The position numbers and the translations under genes are program-made. From NCBI RefSeq assembly GCF_013167455.1, contig NZ_CP038328.1: a stretch of 64,000 nt of DNA. One strand, 5' to 3'. Source of the DNA: Escherichia coli O157:H7. Lineage in GTDB: Bacteria; Pseudomonadota; Gammaproteobacteria; Enterobacterales; Enterobacteriaceae. Positions 23,001 through 33,650 of this stretch are shown here, in pieces (positions within the stretch are counted from its first letter, which is position 1; every line of letters begins with the position of its first letter). Below the pieces are notes generated by a model. It saw only the letters and a list, made by a program, of their open reading frames with translations, searched no databases and was not told where the DNA came from.

Positions 23001-23003
23001 CTG

Positions 23004-23804
23004 TTAGTCCAGTTCGTTATCGAGATCGTTGTTACCAGCTGCCTGAGCAGGCGCACCGGCTACGCGGTTGTATTTCGGGCTAAGTTGGATGTAGAGCACT
23101 GCCATAACAGTACCAATCACACCCAGAGCAACCAGGTTAAAGTTGGTGAATGCTGCGGTTACGAAGCCGAGGTAGAAGAACGGCATCAGGTAGCCAGCAC
23201 GCATCATGTTGATAACCATCGCATAACCAACCACCACGATCATGCCACCGGCGATATTCAGACCATTGGTCACCACTTCCGGAATCGCATTCAGCATGTT
23301 CTGTACTTCGCTGGTACCTACAGACAGCGCAACGATGACGGCCGGAATAGCCACACGCATTGCTTGCAGGAACAGAGAAGAAACGTGGATCCAGGAAATC
23401 GCTGTCAGGTTGCCGTTATCAGCAGCCTTATCCGCAGCGTGCTGGAAAGCAACGGTAATAGTACGAACGATGATGGTCAGTACCTGGCCCGCAGCGGCCA
23501 GAGGGATTGCCAGTGCAATACCTGCACCAATGCTCTGATGACCTGCGATAACCAGAATGGTAGAAATGATAGATGCCAGAGCGGCGTCAGGCGCAACTGC
23601 AGCACCGATGTTCATCCAGCCCAGCGCGATCATTTCCAGCGTACCACCGATAATAATACCGGTTTTCATATCCCCAAGAACGATACCCACCAGGGTACAC
23701 GCGATTAGCGGACGGTGAAACTGAAATTCATCGAGGATTGATCCCATACCTGCGATACAGGCTACGATAAATACCAGCACAATTTGAAGAGTGGTAATCT
23801 CCAT
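23004..23804 (-). CDS. manY: Mannose PTS EIIC component
   Basis: 266 aa polytopic membrane protein between manX and manZ. Confidence 0.95.
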   Translation of the reverse strand: MEITTLQIVLVFIVACIAGMGSILDEFQFHRPLIACTLVGIVLGDMKTGIIIGGTLEMIALGWMNIGAAVAPDAALASIISTILVIAGHQSIGAGIALAIPLAAAGQVLTIIVRTITVAFQHAADKAADNGNLTAISWIHVSSLFLQAMRVAIPAVIVALSVGTSEVQNMLNAIPEVVTNGLNIAGGMIVVVGYAMVINMMRAGYLMPFFYLGFVTAAFTNFNLVALGVIGTVMAVLYIQLSPKYNRVAGAPAQAAGNNDLDNELD

Positions 23805-23866
23805 TGTACTTCTCCTGTTTACGTATGACTAAAGTGTGAAAACTGACTGATAATCAACACAATACG

Positions 23867-24838
23867 TTACTTATCGATTTTGCTGATCAGATCCATCATT
23901 TTCAGTTTCGGATCGGTGGAAACCTTACGGACTTCCAGCTCAATACCGCGTGCATTCAGTTTTTTGAACGCCTCGATATCTTTTTCATCAACCGAAACCG
24001 CGTTATTCACTTGGGTTTTACCCTGACGGAATGCCATACCACCGACGTTAACAGAGGTGATTTTCACGCCGCCTTCAACGAGACGCTCTACATCTGTTGG
24101 GTTGGTAAATAACAGCATTACACGTTCGCCAGCATATTTCGGGTTGTTGTAGACGCGAATCATTTTGGCAACATCAACTACGTGTGCTGTTACGCCCGGA
24201 GGTGCAACCTGGGTGAGCAGTGTCTTACGAACAGTATCCGCAGCCACTTCATCACTAACAACAATAATACGGGAGACATTGGTTTCTTTGGTCCAGCGGG
24301 TGGCGACCTGACCGTGAATCAGACGGTCGTCGATACGCGCAAGGCCAATAACCATGTAGTCGTTTGGCCCCATTGGTTTTGCCGGAGTTGGAGCCGCTTT
24401 GGGTGCTGCGGCAGCGGGTGCTGGCGCGGCTTTTTCAACCGGTTTGGCTTTCAGTGCTTTCACGCCTTCACGGCCTGTTTCTACTGCCAGCGCAACCAGT
24501 TCATCAAAGCTTGGGTCATCATCACGAGCCATTAACGTTTCCACGAGCATTGGAATGTTAACGCCTGCAATGACTTCATAATGCTCTTTGTCGACGACAA
24601 TGCGGCTGGCAGCATTGAACGGGCTGCCTCCCCATGTATCAACGAGAAACAGCACGCCTTTAGTGGTGTCGAGTTTTGCCAACTGAGCGTTGTACTTTTC
24701 AATCAGCGTTTCGGCATTTTCACCTGGAACGAAATCGATCCAGCCGACGTTTTCCTGCTCGCCTAACAGCATTTCTGCCGTTTTAAGCAACTGCTCTGCA
24801 GCCCAACCATGTGTGCCTATAACAATAGCAATGGTCAC
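23867..24838 (-). CDS. manX: Mannose PTS EIIAB component
   Basis: 323 aa with A domain, Ala/Pro-rich linker (KAAPAPAAAAPKAAPTPAKP) and B domain. Confidence 0.95.
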   Translation of the reverse strand: MTIAIVIGTHGWAAEQLLKTAEMLLGEQENVGWIDFVPGENAETLIEKYNAQLAKLDTTKGVLFLVDTWGGSPFNAASRIVVDKEHYEVIAGVNIPMLVETLMARDDDPSFDELVALAVETGREGVKALKAKPVEKAAPAPAAAAPKAAPTPAKPMGPNDYMVIGLARIDDRLIHGQVATRWTKETNVSRIIVVSDEVAADTVRKTLLTQVAPPGVTAHVVDVAKMIRVYNNPKYAGERVMLLFTNPTDVERLVEGGVKITSVNVGGMAFRQGKTQVNNAVSVDEKDIEAFKKLNARGIELEVRKVSTDPKLKMMDLISKIDK

Positions 24839-25300
24839 TTGCTACCTCCTTTATTATCGTTAACACCTCAACGTGCCAGATGTATTTTTGAATCGTCGTC
24901 CACAATCGAATCGATTCAGATAAGGGCTACAACCAAAAACCCCTGCGTTTCGCGATTTATTTTAGATATCGAAAAAATTATTTTATGTGATGAAGATCCG
25001 TAATTTAACTTTCGATTAGCAGAAATTTCGAAAGGTAAAATATCCTTGTCACATTCGTTTGCAAAGGAAGGTAAATCTTTGCCAAATCAGAGGCGTCTCT
25101 GATATGTTTAACTCCCGTTTAACAATCATGGAGTATAGGGCAGTAGCCCGCAGTATGGATCGTCACCGACGTCATTTCAGCATCAGGCCTTTTAACGCCT
25201 GCCTTTCTGGCACTCTATGCCGCACCTTTCGTTTGCATTTTGTCGTTACGCCTGCATTATTTCTGGCGTCGAATAGCTATTCCTTAAGCAGGAGCTTGTC

Positions 25301-26857
25301 ATGGAATTCTTAATGGACCCCTCAATTTGGGCGGGGCTACTCACGCTTGTTGTTCTCGAAATTGTGCTGGGTATCGATAACCTGGTCTTCATCGCCATTC
25401 TTGCTGACAAACTGCCGCCAAAACAACGCGATAAAGCGCGTTTGCTGGGGTTATCACTGGCGCTGATTATGCGTCTGGGGCTGCTGTCGCTGATTTCATG
25501 GATGGTCACGCTGACCAAACCGCTATTTACCGTCATGGATTTCTCCTTCTCCGGACGCGACCTGATTATGTTGTTCGGGGGGATATTCTTGCTGTTCAAA
25601 GCAACAACCGAACTGCATGAACGGCTGGAAAACCGCGATCATGATTCCGGCCACGGTAAAGGCTACGCCAGTTTCTGGGTGGTCGTCACACAGATTGTCA
25701 TCCTTGACGCCGTCTTCTCGTTGGATGCGGTAATTACTGCAGTAGGGATGGTTAACCATCTGCCGGTGATGATGGCGGCGGTAGTGATTGCGATGGCGGT
25801 TATGTTGCTGGCATCCAAACCGCTGACGCGATTCGTTAACCAGCACCCCACGGTGGTGGTGCTCTGTCTGAGCTTCCTGTTAATGATTGGTCTGAGTCTG
25901 GTGGCAGAAGGTTTCGGTTTCCACATTCCGAAAGGTTACCTGTATGCCGCGATTGGCTTCTCGATCATCATCGAAGTGTTTAACCAGATTGCGCGTCGCA
26001 ACTTTATTCGTCACCAGTCGACTTTGCCGCTGCGAGCGCGTACTGCCGATGCCATCCTGCGTTTGATGGGCGGGAAACGTCAGGCCAATGTTCAGCACGA
26101 TGCCGATAACCCGATGCCGATGCCGATCCCGGAAGGTGCATTTGCCGAAGAAGAACGTTACATGATTAACGGCGTACTGACGCTGGCGTCGCGTTCTCTG
26201 CGCGGGATCATGACGCCGCGCGGTGAAATAAGCTGGGTTGACGCTAATCTCGGGGTCGATGAAATCCGCGAGCAGCTGCTCTCCTCACCGCACAGCCTGT
26301 TCCCGGTATGTCGCGGTGAACTGGATGAAATCATCGGAATCGTACGTGCTAAAGAACTGCTGGTGGCGCTGGAAGAGGGCGTTGATGTGGCGGCGATTGC
26401 TTCGGCGTCTCCGGCGATTATCGTCCCTGAAACCCTCGATCCGATCAACCTGCTGGGCGTGCTGCGTCGTGCTCGCGGGAGCTTTGTTATCGTGACCAAC
26501 GAGTTTGGTGTGGTACAAGGCTTGGTCACGCCGCTGGATGTGCTGGAAGCCATTGCGGGTGAATTCCCGGACGCTGACGAAACGCCGGAAATCATTACTG
26601 ATGGTGACGGCTGGCTGGTAAAAGGCGGTACAGATTTGCATGCCTTGCAGCAGGCGCTTGATGTTGAGCACCTTGCCGATGACGATGATATCGCGACGGT
26701 CGCGGGCCTCGTGATCTCGGCAAATGGTCACATTCCCCGTGTGGGCGATGTGATTGATGTAGGGCCACTGCATATCACCATCATTGAAGCCAATGATTAT
26801 CGTGTTGATCTGGTTCGCATTGTTAAAGAGCAACCGGCGCACGATGAAGATGAGTAA
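25301..26857 (+). CDS. yoaE: Inner-membrane protein with TerC-like N-terminus, CBS pair and CorC/HlyC C-terminal domain
   Basis: 518 aa; membrane N-terminal half followed by a soluble CBS/CorC-like half. Confidence 0.9.
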
Positions 26858-26860
26858 GCG

Positions 26861-28459
26861 TTAACGTAACGGCATAATGGGCGTGATATGTCCATTATGC
26901 CGGGCGGGCGGCGGTTGGCTGCCCGCCAGCCATTTGGGAAAATCACGTAGCGGCATCGGCTGTGCGTACAAATACCCTTGCAAAATATGCACGCCATGAC
27001 GGCGCAAATACTTCGCCTGTTCTTGCGTTTCCACGCCCTCCGCCACCAGTTCAATATTCAGTCTTTGCCCCAGCGCGATGATGATATCGGTCACCGTCGA
27101 GTTAACCGCGTCAGAACCTATAGCTGCGGTAAATGACTTATCAATTTTCAGCACGTCAGGACGTAATGTTTCAAGCCAGGAAAATGAACTGTTGCCGGTG
27201 CCGAAGTCATCAATCGCCAGTTTGACGTTTTTACGATGTAGCTCGCGGGCAATCCGATAATCAACATCCAGTAAGGCATCGCGTTCGGTGATTTCGAGGA
27301 TCAGTTGCTGAATCGGGTGAGCGCTAAACCAGTACTGATTGAGATCTTTTATCAGCACACCACGGCGAAAATGGCTGGGTGCGACGTTAATGCCAACATG
27401 AAACTGACTACTCATCGGGAAAACATGGCGCTGACGAATGGTTTCTGCCATCACATAGCGGGTCAGTGGCACAATTAAATGATGTTCTTCCGCGATAGGA
27501 ATAAACACATCCGGTGAAATCCAGCCCTGACGCGGATTGTTCCAGCGCAGCAAAATCTCTACACCAATACATTGCTGGCTGCGCGCATTAAGCAAAGGCT
27601 GACAGAACAATTCGAACTCATGTTGCGCCAGGCCCAGATTGATTTCGCGGGAAAAGCTCATTCGGTAAGCGGTCGCCAGCCAGGCGATGTAGCCCACCAG
27701 TAAACTTAGCAGTACCGCCAGCGGTAATTGTGTTGGAAGATAGTGCCATGCCAGCGCCGGAGCCCCCGGACCATTAACGTTAATGGTAAAAGAAAAGCGT
27801 TGCGAAGAAACCTGATAGTTTTCATTGTCTTCAGGTTGTGGAAGGGAATCTACCAGCCCATTACCATAGAGCAAATGCCGTTTGTCCACCGTCAGGCTGG
27901 CGCTACTGATTTGCGGCAGTTGTGGCTCAAGCAGCATTGCCGTCAGTAAGTCGATGTTAATCATCTCCATGACCCCAGCATTGCTACTGCTCGCTGCAGG
28001 CGTCCATTGAATCAAAACCGGACTGCCTTTAATCAGGACACGGTCGGTCGTCAGGCGTAAAAGTGGTTGCGGTGCAGGAAGTTCAGCCAGAATGTCCACG
28101 ACGGGCACATTGCGATAACCAAAAATGCTGGAGCAATAAAGTGTGCCGTCTTGCACCAGGCCAATGGATCGCACAGTTTGGAGTTTTGCCGCCTGTTTAC
28201 GTAATGGCAAATGGGCGACAGAGCAGGGCAGACCAATCAGCGGAAGCAAGACTTCGCTACCTGCCTGTAGGGGAAGCAGTACTTTATCTAATTCCTCTAC
28301 AGCGTGATTGGCGAATTGTACTACCCGTTGTTGATTTAAGTTACGCTGTGAAATAAATCGCACGCTCAGGGTCGAAGCGAGCGTAACGAGTGCGCAAATC
28401 GTACAAACAATCATTCGATTACGGCGATAGGTTTTAATGATCCGTTGTGCTTTTTGCAT
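26861..28459 (-). CDS. pdeD: CSS-domain c-di-GMP phosphodiesterase PdeD (YoaD)
   Basis: Track ORF trimmed to ATG 28459 (MQKAQRIIKTYRRN..., 532 aa); periplasmic CSS motif (LYCSSIFGYRN), TM2, EAL domain (FELFCQP..., EILLRW). Confidence 0.85.
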   Translation of the reverse strand: MQKAQRIIKTYRRNRMIVCTICALVTLASTLSVRFISQRNLNQQRVVQFANHAVEELDKVLLPLQAGSEVLLPLIGLPCSVAHLPLRKQAAKLQTVRSIGLVQDGTLYCSSIFGYRNVPVVDILAELPAPQPLLRLTTDRVLIKGSPVLIQWTPAASSSNAGVMEMINIDLLTAMLLEPQLPQISSASLTVDKRHLLYGNGLVDSLPQPEDNENYQVSSQRFSFTINVNGPGAPALAWHYLPTQLPLAVLLSLLVGYIAWLATAYRMSFSREINLGLAQHEFELFCQPLLNARSQQCIGVEILLRWNNPRQGWISPDVFIPIAEEHHLIVPLTRYVMAETIRQRHVFPMSSQFHVGINVAPSHFRRGVLIKDLNQYWFSAHPIQQLILEITERDALLDVDYRIARELHRKNVKLAIDDFGTGNSSFSWLETLRPDVLKIDKSFTAAIGSDAVNSTVTDIIIALGQRLNIELVAEGVETQEQAKYLRRHGVHILQGYLYAQPMPLRDFPKWLAGSQPPPARHNGHITPIMPLR

Positions 28460-28589
28460 GCGGGCCACTCTGTAAGCGTATGGCGACAAACGCCTGACGC
28501 AACAGTGGAAGTGTAGTGGGGAATATTACAGCAGACGAGAAAGCGGGGATAAATTCGCCCATCCGTTGCAGATGGGCGAGTAAGAAGTA

Positions 28590-29954
28590 TTAGTCACACT
28601 GGACTTTGATTGCCAGACCACCGCGTGAGGTTTCGCGGTATTTGGCGTTCATGTCCTTACCGGTTTCGTACATCGTTTCGATGACCTTATCCAGCGAGAC
28701 GCGCGGTGCACTGGTGCGGCGCAGAGCCATCCGTGCGGCGTTAATCGCCTTCACAGAGGCAATGGCATTACGCTCAATGCACGGCACCTGAACCTGCCCT
28801 GCAACCGGGTCGCAGGTTAAACCAAGGTTGTGTTCCATGCCAATTTCCGCCGCCACGCAAACCTGTTCCGGGCTACCGCCCAGCAGTTCTGCAAGACCCG
28901 CAGCAGCCATTGAACAGGCAACACCCACTTCGCCCTGGCAACCAACTTCCGCACCGGAAATAGAGGCGTTCATTTTATACAATGCACCAATCGCGCCCGC
29001 TGCCATAAAGTAACGGGTATAGATGTCCGGGCTGACCGATTCAATAAAGTGGTCATAGTAAGCCAGCACTGCCGGAACGATACCGCAGGCACCGTTGGTT
29101 GGCGCAGTTACCACACGACCACCGGCGGCGTTTTCTTCGTTAACTGCCAGCGCAAACATGTTTACCCAGTCAATGACATTCATCGGATCGTTAGACAGTT
29201 TATCGCTGGAAACCAGCATCCGGCGCAGGGCAGACGCACGACGTGGCACGCGCAGCGGGCCTGGCAGTACACCTTCGGTGTTCATCCCGCGATCGATACA
29301 TGCCTGCATGGTTTGCCAGACATGCGCGAAATACTCGTCGATCTCTTTCTTGCTGTGCAGCGCCAGTTCGTTCTGCATAGCGAGACCAGACAGCGAATAG
29401 CCGGTTTCATTACAGTACGCGAGCAGTTCGGTGGCAGATTTGAACGGATACGGCACGCTCACTTCGTTGGCAGTATCCTGACCAAAGTGTTCTTCATCGA
29501 CGATAAAACCGCCGCCGATGGAATAATAAGTTTTGCTGTAGACGACTTCATCGCCGTTATAGGCGTGGATTTGCATACCGTTTTCATGCAGCGGCAGGTT
29601 GCCGTTATGAAAACGCATCCCGTTGTCGCGCGGGAAATCCACTTCATGCCGTCCCTGTGCCAGCAGCAGACGTTCGCGCTCTTCTACGTCGCGAATAAAA
29701 CCGGGAATACTGTCGATATCCACGGTGGCAGGTTCGTTACCTGCAAGACCCATAATAATGGCGATATCGGTGTGGTGGCCTTTACCCGTCAGCGACAGTG
29801 AACCATAAACGTCCACGGCAACGCGAGTAACGCTATCCAGTAAGCCTTTTTCGACCAGATCATCGACGAACTGTTTACCCGCCTTCATAGGCCCTACGGT
29901 ATGGGAAGATGAGGGACCAATCCCCACCTTAAACATGTCGAATAGACTAATCAC
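28590..29954 (-). CDS. sdaA: L-serine dehydratase 1
   Basis: 454 aa; Fe-S L-serine dehydratase alpha/beta fusion. Confidence 0.95.
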   Translation of the reverse strand: MISLFDMFKVGIGPSSSHTVGPMKAGKQFVDDLVEKGLLDSVTRVAVDVYGSLSLTGKGHHTDIAIIMGLAGNEPATVDIDSIPGFIRDVEERERLLLAQGRHEVDFPRDNGMRFHNGNLPLHENGMQIHAYNGDEVVYSKTYYSIGGGFIVDEEHFGQDTANEVSVPYPFKSATELLAYCNETGYSLSGLAMQNELALHSKKEIDEYFAHVWQTMQACIDRGMNTEGVLPGPLRVPRRASALRRMLVSSDKLSNDPMNVIDWVNMFALAVNEENAAGGRVVTAPTNGACGIVPAVLAYYDHFIESVSPDIYTRYFMAAGAIGALYKMNASISGAEVGCQGEVGVACSMAAAGLAELLGGSPEQVCVAAEIGMEHNLGLTCDPVAGQVQVPCIERNAIASVKAINAARMALRRTSAPRVSLDKVIETMYETGKDMNAKYRETSRGGLAIKVQCD

Positions 29955-30137
29955 GATAATACTCCTGACAAGGTGACTGGACTTCCAGTAACGAACTAAT
30001 AACAGCGCATAGTGTAAGAGGGAACGCGGCGACTGGCTTAACTATTCACATGAATTAAACTAATCAAAAACCGCGATTTAACTAATATTGCGATGATTGT
30101 CTCAAGTAGTGTTTTGTAGATGTAAAGATAAGTATAG

Positions 30138-30716
30138 TCAGGGTTTCACACCAATTTGCAGCGCCAGCTCACGAATTATGCCTGCGGTCATTCCCCATAC
30201 AAAATACTGTTCGTACCAGGATAGCCATACCCGATGTGAATCGCCGCGGCGGTAGATATCTAAAGGGTGATAACGACCCAGATGTAATGCCTGGGCGAGC
30301 GGCATTTCAAACACAGCGGAAACTTCATCTTCACTGGCGCGATACGGCAGATCGGGCGGGATAATGCCGACCACTGGGGTTACCTGGTAGCCAGTTACGC
30401 TATCGACGGGCGGCAGCACGCCGATAACTTCAACGGCGGAAGGCGGTATAGCAACCTCTTCTTCAGCTTCGCGCAGCGCGGCGGCGATAACTGATGCGTC
30501 CGTGTCATCGACTGCACCTCCAGGGAATGCCACTTGTCCAGCGTGTTTACGCAGATGAATTGAACGCTGAGTCAGCAACAACCCCGGTTGCGGTCGACGG
30601 ACGATGGGGATTAACACGGCAGCCTGACGATGATTTAGGGTTTCCCGGTTAATTTGCGGGCGCAAAAGTTGAAAGCGCGATAAAAAATCATCAAGCGTCA
30701 GGCTACGGTATTCCAC
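30138..30716 (-). CDS. nudL: Nudix CoA pyrophosphatase NudL (YeaB)
   Basis: 192 aa; Nudix box [25 protein letters not shown]. Confidence 0.9.
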
Positions 30717-30719
30717 GTC

Positions 30720-32081
30720 TTACTTCTCCAGTTGGCGTAATATCTTATTAACTTTATCAAAAGTTTCCTGATATTCCGCTTCTTCCTGGCTATCGGCGAC
30801 AATTCCACCTCCCGCAGAGCAGTATATTTGTCCGTTAATGGCAGTCAGCGTGCGGATAGTAATGCTGGTATCCATGTTGCCGCAAAAGCTCAAATAGCCA
30901 ATGCTGCCGCACCAGGCATTACGTCGCTGCGGTTCCAGTTCGTCGATAATTTCCATAGCCCGTACTTTCGGAGCCCCGGTTATTGAGCCACCAGGAAAAG
31001 CTGCGCGCAGCAGATCGCTGGCGTGTAACTGTTCTGGTAGTTGCGCCGTTATGGTGCTGACCAGATGATGCACGGCAGGGAAGGGTTCCACCACGAACAG
31101 CTCTGGTACTTTTACCGAACCTGCTACGGCAACACGACCGATATCATTACGCATTAAATCGACAATCATCAGATTTTCGGCACGATCTTTCGCTGAGTTC
31201 GCCAGTTTTTCTGCTTGTTTGCTATCTTCCTGAGGAGCGGGCAGGCGTGGTAGCGTGCCTTTAATCGGGCGGGTCTGGATTTCACTATTATCACAAAGAA
31301 TAAACCGCTCTGGCGAAAGGCTTAAAATTGCACCCTGTTCAAGACGTAAAAAAGCGCTAAATGGCGCGCGGTTGGCCTGATTAAGCTGAAGGAATGCCTG
31401 CCATTCATCGCCAGAATAGGTCGCATGAAAACGCTGGGCGAGATTCACCTGATAGCAATCACCGCTGTGCAGATATTCCTGTACCCGGCGAAATTTTTCG
31501 CCGTACTGCTCGCGGGTCATATTGGATTGCCAGTCGGAAGTGAGCGTGAAATCTTCCTGCGGTGAGAATTGCTGGCTTTCCAGCCAGGCCCGACGGGCAT
31601 TGACATCATTATGACTCAGCAAAGAAACTGTATGACGCTGGTGGTCGACAATGAGCGCCCAATCGTAGATACCCACTGCCATATCCGGCAGAACGATATC
31701 TTGTTCCGCAATTTCTGGCAGTGACTCAAAACGGCGGCCCAGATCGTAGCCAAACAACCCCAGTGCGCCGCCCTGAAATGGCAAATCTTCGTTATGCGTT
31801 GGGCGAATGTCTGCGCGATCCAGCACCTGCTGGAGCACCTGTAGCGGGTCATCAGTGGTCGTTGTGCGTTTTTCGCTTTCACTAACAACGGTTTCTTTAC
31901 CTAAAGTGGTTAAAGTGCAAATCGGATCGGCGACCACAATATCAAAGCGGCTATACGGATGATCGGCATAGCCGGAGTGTAAAAGCATCGCCCACGGCAG
32001 GTGGCTTAAGCGGGAGAAATAAAATTCAGCGGCGTCCTGACGCCAGGGTAAAGTAATCACAGCGGGAGATAACGTCTTCAT
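30720..32081 (-). CDS. pabB: Aminodeoxychorismate synthase component I
   Basis: 453 aa chorismate-binding enzyme; 3 nt upstream of nudL. Confidence 0.95.
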   Translation of the reverse strand: MKTLSPAVITLPWRQDAAEFYFSRLSHLPWAMLLHSGYADHPYSRFDIVVADPICTLTTLGKETVVSESEKRTTTTDDPLQVLQQVLDRADIRPTHNEDLPFQGGALGLFGYDLGRRFESLPEIAEQDIVLPDMAVGIYDWALIVDHQRHTVSLLSHNDVNARRAWLESQQFSPQEDFTLTSDWQSNMTREQYGEKFRRVQEYLHSGDCYQVNLAQRFHATYSGDEWQAFLQLNQANRAPFSAFLRLEQGAILSLSPERFILCDNSEIQTRPIKGTLPRLPAPQEDSKQAEKLANSAKDRAENLMIVDLMRNDIGRVAVAGSVKVPELFVVEPFPAVHHLVSTITAQLPEQLHASDLLRAAFPGGSITGAPKVRAMEIIDELEPQRRNAWCGSIGYLSFCGNMDTSITIRTLTAINGQIYCSAGGGIVADSQEEAEYQETFDKVNKILRQLEK

Positions 32082-32154
32082 CAGTCCTGACTCTACTGGC
32101 TATGTGCCGGGTAGCATGAAATAATTAGCGCCAACAATTTAGCAGGAGTTAACA

Positions 32155-32334
32155 ATGTTTGCAGGTTTACCTTCACTCACCCATGAACAGCAGCAAAAAG
32201 CTGTCGAGCGGATCCAGGAACTGATGGCACAAGGGATGAGCAGCGGCCAGGCAATCGCGCTGGTGGCAGAAGAGCTGCGTGCCAACCACTCCGGCGAGCG
32301 AATCGTGGCGCGTTTTGAGGATGAAGACGAGTAA
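32155..32334 (+). CDS. yoaH: UPF0181 small protein YoaH (59 aa)
   Basis: Not in ORF track (<60 aa); read directly: [64 protein letters not shown] Shine-Dalgarno 7 nt upstream. Confidence 0.8.
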
Positions 32335-32453
32335 CACACTAATCCGTATCGATTTCGTTATAGAAGCTGATGATTATTTGATTGTGAGAAAAAGGACGCT
32401 TTTTATATGTGATTAAAAGCGTCCTGACCCATTTATGCTGATATAAATTTAAC

Positions 32454-32753
32454 TCAGACCAGTGCTTTTAGTTCTTCCTGCATATATGTTGAAAAGTACT
32501 CAGGATTTTTAATCACAGAGCGTTCACCTGTCTCCATTTTTTTTGCCCATCCAACCATTTTTTCCGTGAACCCAGGGTTCCAGCCTTCCTGGTCAGCTCG
32601 CGCCGTAATATCAGCGGCACTCGCGGGTACTCCCAGTTCTTTTAAATATTTAAAGATTCCCTTCGCCGTGCTTTCATTCATCGAACTTGGTGTTGGCGCT
32701 GATACATCCATGGCACCAATGAAATCCAGGGCTTTATCTATTACAGCAGGCAT
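32454..32753 (-). CDS. yoaC: DUF1889-family protein YoaC
   Basis: Track ORF 119 aa; start set at internal ATG 32753 (MPAVIDKALDF...) for the recalled 99 aa. Confidence 0.7.
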   Translation of the reverse strand: MPAVIDKALDFIGAMDVSAPTPSSMNESTAKGIFKYLKELGVPASAADITARADQEGWNPGFTEKMVGWAKKMETGERSVIKNPEYFSTYMQEELKALV

Positions 32754-33174
32754 ATTCTTATCCTTAAAATTAACCATGTTATCGATAAGGCTATATATGA
32801 CCTTAATTTGCATCTAATATCAAAGGGATTATAACGATATGGCACGAGTTAACCTGTTGATATTCAGGTGTTTTAAAGGTAGCAGCTCATGGTGTGTTAT
32901 CCAGTAAGATGGAGAAAATTAACGGTCAGTCCGCACGCTATAACCAGATTGTTCAGCTAAGAAAGAAAACCAGAGTTGCTAATCAAAGGGCGAACACAAC
33001 GGCATGGTTATGTTTATTTATATAGTTAGTTTTATAGATAAAATTGAAATTATAAAAATAAATAATGAATTAGCAGAAGCATCAACAGTAATATCTTATT
33101 CTCTGGTCGATTTATGTATAACCGACCAGTATTATCGATAAATTATCGTCTGACTTATTTTGCTTCGATAAAGC

Positions 33175-33519
33175 TTACACCGCAGCCACAATCTTAATTT
33201 CAACTTTATACTTCGGGTTCATCAAACCCGCTTGTACCGTGCAGCGCACCGGCGCATGACCCGCGACAACCCAGGCATCCCACGCTTTATTCATCGCCGC
33301 GAAGTCGTTTTTATCGGCCAGGAAAATGGTGGCATCCAGAATGCTCGATTTATTGCTGCCCTGTTTTTCCAGCACGGCGTCAATCTGCGCCAGGGTGTTG
33401 GCGGTTTGCTCAAAGGCATCGGCGTCGAGGTTTTCCGGTACACCAGTGTAGTAGAGCGTGTTGTTGTGGATTACTACATCAGACCAGCGGGCTTCAGCAT
33501 CGATACGAACGATAGTCAT
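33175..33519 (-). CDS. yoaB: RidA/YjgF-family protein YoaB
   Basis: Track ORF trimmed to ATG 33519 (MTIVRIDAEARW..., 114 aa). Confidence 0.85.
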   Translation of the reverse strand: MTIVRIDAEARWSDVVIHNNTLYYTGVPENLDADAFEQTANTLAQIDAVLEKQGSNKSSILDATIFLADKNDFAAMNKAWDAWVVAGHAPVRCTVQAGLMNPKYKVEIKIVAAV

Positions 33520-33650
33520 CATTTTATCCTCATTATCCTTCCATTTTCGTGCTGCAAAGACTGCCACAATGTGAGGTCGCCGTCACCACTTCAACTGGCG
33601 AAAGCGCCCTCATCCTGACATAATCCCTGTTCAAATCAACAGGGGGTAGT

